Source: Ginkgo biloba
Taxonomy: Eukaryota > Plantae > Ginkgophyta
Reading direction: 5' to 3'
Assembly: GCA_024626585.2 (NCBI GenBank)
Contig: JANKJI020000004.1
Location: forward strand, 143,853,497-143,879,181
DNA: 25,685 nucleotides
Shown piece by piece: positions 22,538-25,685 of the stretch (within the stretch, counting starts at the first letter, position 1; each line of letters opens with the position of its first letter). The translations under genes and the position numbers were made by a program. The notes beneath the pieces are model-generated. The model was not told the DNA's origin. It saw only the letters and a list, made by a program, of their open reading frames with translations, and did not search any database.

Positions 22538-22949
22538 CCGTGAAAATTCCTAGACATGAATCTACAATTGTAAACATGGGAAGTTACGAAAATGATTGGT
22601 CAAATGTATGTGGCCTTGTTTGGATCGCCAAATTTCACTCCCTTTCTTTCTTAATGGATTATGGATAAATTTTGTAAGAACCAAATAGGGGTGAACAGGA
22701 GGCTATTTGTGATGTGATAAAGATCCGGGATTTGATGTCTTCGCAATCACCTCAACCTCCAATGAGACAAACCTTCCGGTAATAAACAGAGCCAATAAAT
22801 AAGAGAAAGATCAAGATTTTCCACTGGAGACTCTAGGTTCTTAGCATTCCACTTGGGGAATGCTCGCCCTTGGTTGCCATTTGTTGATCCATTTTTTGGT
22901 CAACTATCCCATTTAGAGTCCCCTTATTTTAAACATAGTATTGAAATCT

Positions 22950-23410
22950 TGGAGGTGGTTGAAAGGAACACAAGGTGAAACATAAAGCTTACAAGAAGAA
23001 GGTGCATAAATCACATTGGTGAGTTCATGGTCCTCCTCAAAGTCCATAATAGCCTTTTAATCTCTATACAGCCAAAAAATACTCCTCATAATAGCCTTCT
23101 AATCTCTGTCCTTTTTCTATTGAAGATGATGCCACTTGAGAAAGAGGTCATTCTTGTAACCAAGAGGATAGAATTTCTTCTTCATATTATTCTTGAACTC
23201 ATTCTAAGAAATAATTTGATCTTGAATTGCGTGCTCTTGTGATAAAAATAATTACTCCCACCAAAGTAGATCCTTTCTCACCATCTTTAGCCTAACAAAT
23301 AAGATCTTATACTCATCTATGTATGTCTAGAAAGAGAAATAATTCTCTAGTGACTGAATATAAATATACAAAGATTAAACATCCATTATTCTATCAAATA
23401 CATTGCCCTC
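22950..23410 (-). mobile_element. gag: Degenerate Ty3/gypsy gag remnant, same type as 130-790
   Basis: FDRIMDV*SLYIYIQSLENYFSF*TYIDEYKILFVRLKMVRKDLLWWE*...IIS*NEFKNNMKKKFYPLGYKNDLFLKWHHLQ*K. Small tandem duplication (CATAATAGCCTT.TAATCTCT) at ~23045 and ~23087. Confidence 0.88.
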
Positions 23411-23945
23411 CCTCTTGACTCAACCTAAAAAGTTTTCTAAGGAACACTTGGTCCTATGGAAGAAGAAGTAACACATTAAGGTGAACTACAAATATAGGTT
23501 GAAGGAAGAGATAAAGGAGTATTCACCAAAGGTGGTGGAGTCACTAAATAAGTAGAGGAATTCAAAGATAAAATTGTTGGTTACATCTATTACATAAATA
23601 AAAGAATTCCTCCTATGGCATTGCAACTCTCCTTCTATTCCTTTCTTATCTTTTTTATCATAGTTTGCATCACATCCATTCAATCTTCAAGAGTTCCCTC
23701 TTGATTCCTTTAGATCGCTTAGCTAGTCCTTATCTATTGTTTTATCTTTTTGTCTAGATGATGGAGGGATTTTCTACTAGTGGAAATTCTTCTCTACTTC
23801 CTTCTCCTATGCCTTCCTCCCTCCATGTGTCAAGGACTATAGTCCTAGTTAATGATATAGAGGATACCATATGAAAGAAGAAAAAATATTAAAATTAGAA
23901 CAATAAATAGAAAATTTATTTTTTCACCCAACTCATAATATCCAT

Positions 23946-23957
23946 GCTCTAATACCA
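23946..23957 (-). other. Primer-binding site complementary to initiator tRNA-Met
   Basis: Minus strand reads ...ACATCA TT TGGTATTAGAGC, one C>T change from the canonical TGGTATCAGAGC. It lies 2 nt after a CA end and upstream of gag. Confidence 0.85.
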
Positions 23958-23959
23958 AA

Positions 23960-24334
23960 TGATGTACCCATTGGTAGAATACTAAACGAATTACGAAACC
24001 CTTGATAGTGCAAATGTTATGATAAAAAATCTAAGGGGTGATCAATGATTATGTTGATTTTAGCTATGTGATCTATCTTATATTGCTCTAGATATCTCTA
24101 GCTATCTCTATCTTGCACTAACATAAGTCTATGCTCCACTCTATATATTCTTAAAGTAAGCACAATATTTATAAAATATAAACCATGGAAAATAGTATAA
24201 TAAAGTAATAAAAGTAAAATAAGATATACTCTAAAAGGAAACATACTCTTACATACTCCTACTATCCCATGTATAACATATAATCATGCATGAAATTAGA
24301 AAAATTAAAAAATAAAGGGTATACTATAATGCAT
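23960..24334 (-). mobile_element. 3' part of the 5' LTR of the element carrying gag 22950-23410 (truncated by gap)
   Basis: Terminates ...ACATCA (minus strand) directly before the PBS. Non-coding and AT-rich. Confidence 0.7.
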
Positions 24335-25685
24335 NNNNNNNNNNNNNNNNNNNNNNNNNNNNNNNNNNNNNNNNNNNNNNNNNNNNNNNNNNNNNNNNNN
24401 NNNNNNNNNNNNNNNNNNNNNNNNNNNNNNNNNNNNNNNNNNNNNNNNNNNNNNNNNNNNNNNNNNNNNNNNNNNNNNNNNNNNNNNNNNNNNNNNNNNN
24501 NNNNNNNNNNNNNNNNNNNNNNNNNNNNNNNNNNNNNNNNNNNNNNNNNNNNNNNNNNNNNNNNNNNNNNNNNNNNNNNNNNNNNNNNNNNNNNNATATA
24601 ATCCTCTCTAAGATTATTCATGGTCATATCCCCTTAACTAGACTAGACCCCTCCTAGTCAATGGCACATCAGTTGATACCAATACTGACTCCATAAATCA
24701 TTTACATGGCCCTTCACATTAGTTACCTCCTCCACCTTGATCACATGAAGTGGAAGGGTACTAGGACTAATCAAGTGGCCAACATACTTCAATAACTATC
24801 TTAATGGTTGAGGATACCACTTCAATAGTTAATAAACCTATTTTCTTACTTCTAATATCTCATTTAGCAATTTAAGAGATCACTTCCCTACCTACAATAT
24901 CTCATATAGTATATTAGTATGTCACTCCTTTACCCATTTAAGAGCTAGTACCATAGATCACATCATAGCATTCTATACAAGATCCTTTATAAAGATAGGT
25001 CTTACGTTTAGAGATATATGATCATACTTGGCATATGGAGTTACCTTTTGAATAATTTAAATATACTAAGGGACTTATTATAGATCCCTTTCTTGGTTCT
25101 TTGACCCCTCCATCATTCAACACATAGGATACATTACATGATATGTATTAGGAGAGATTCCATCCCTAATACCACTATATTATATTATGTTGGAAATGAT
25201 ACCTATTCTAACAAATAATTATTATATCACTTCTCCTCTTCCATTATTTTTTTTCTAATGTTCAAGTCAAGGTTCCTTCACTCTTTAGGATAAAGGACTT
25301 GATATGTCATGCATCAATAGTTTTGATATGCTTCCCTTGATTTTGTAAAACAATTATATAAATTAATCCATATGACGTACTTGGTTGGTAATTATTTATT
25401 GTANNNNNNNNNNNNNNTATTTATTATTTTAGATAATTATTTAATTATATATTTTATGATTGGATCAAGAGTGCACACCATTTATCTACTTAGGGTTTTC
25501 TTAATAAGTTATTTTCTATTATTATAGTATCTTATCACATAAAATTATGTATTAGGGTTTTAATCTAATAATTTTATAGTTGATAATTGAGAATTAATTA
25601 TTCCATTTTTACAATTGAGTTATTGGACTTCTTGTTATTTTTAAAAAGAGTGAGTATAGAATTCGTTGATAAAATCGAGAAACCT

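Noticed and set aside
22820-22864. 8-bp stem AGCATTCC/GGAATGCT as a Helitron 3' hairpin, and CCACTGGAGACT as a tRNA-Arg PBS
   Set aside because: The nearby CTAG lacks the expected T junction. The PBS-like string lacks the TGGCG start and an adjacent LTR CA end.
11996-24627. ORFs spanning N-runs (e.g. 11996..12184, 14705..15008, 22033..22321, 24262..24627)
   Set aside because: Their length is an artefact of X residues from assembly gaps.
24960-25200. gag-like peptide (PFLGSLTPPSFNT*) on + strand
   Set aside because: Similarity is too short and weak to call without a profile search.

Overview
AT-rich, CpG-depleted eukaryotic DNA, almost certainly from a plant. The retroelement types suggest a large gymnosperm-like genome, which is an inference. 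The window is broken by 13 N-gaps, most about 100 N, so order and orientation across gaps are unverified. I found no intact protein-coding gene, rRNA, tRNA or CRISPR array. The window is a graveyard of old transposons inactivated by stops and frameshifts. Ty3/gypsy remnants include three gag fragments, one with a tRNA-iMet PBS and 5' LTR, and a chromovirus-type RT. There is also a Tat-type gag-protease-additional RNase H polyprotein, in which the archaeal-like RNase H sits between protease and RT. Two L1-type LINE fragments are present (RT piece; ORF1 plus ORF2 start), along with LTR-like sequence and several tandem or dispersed repeats. The least explained parts are four. (i) A CpG-retaining stretch at 21.4-22.0 kb packed with CCAGGAAG-like motifs separated by unrelated spacers. 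(ii) A 126-nt hairpin at 22.41-22.54 kb. (iii) Two related AT-rich sub-repeat arrays in inverted orientation (5.0-5.7 and 9.9-10.7 kb), resembling foldback-element arms. (iv) A CpG island with splice signals at 3.7-4.6 kb that may be the 5' end of a host gene on the minus strand. None of these can be called a new system from sequence alone.
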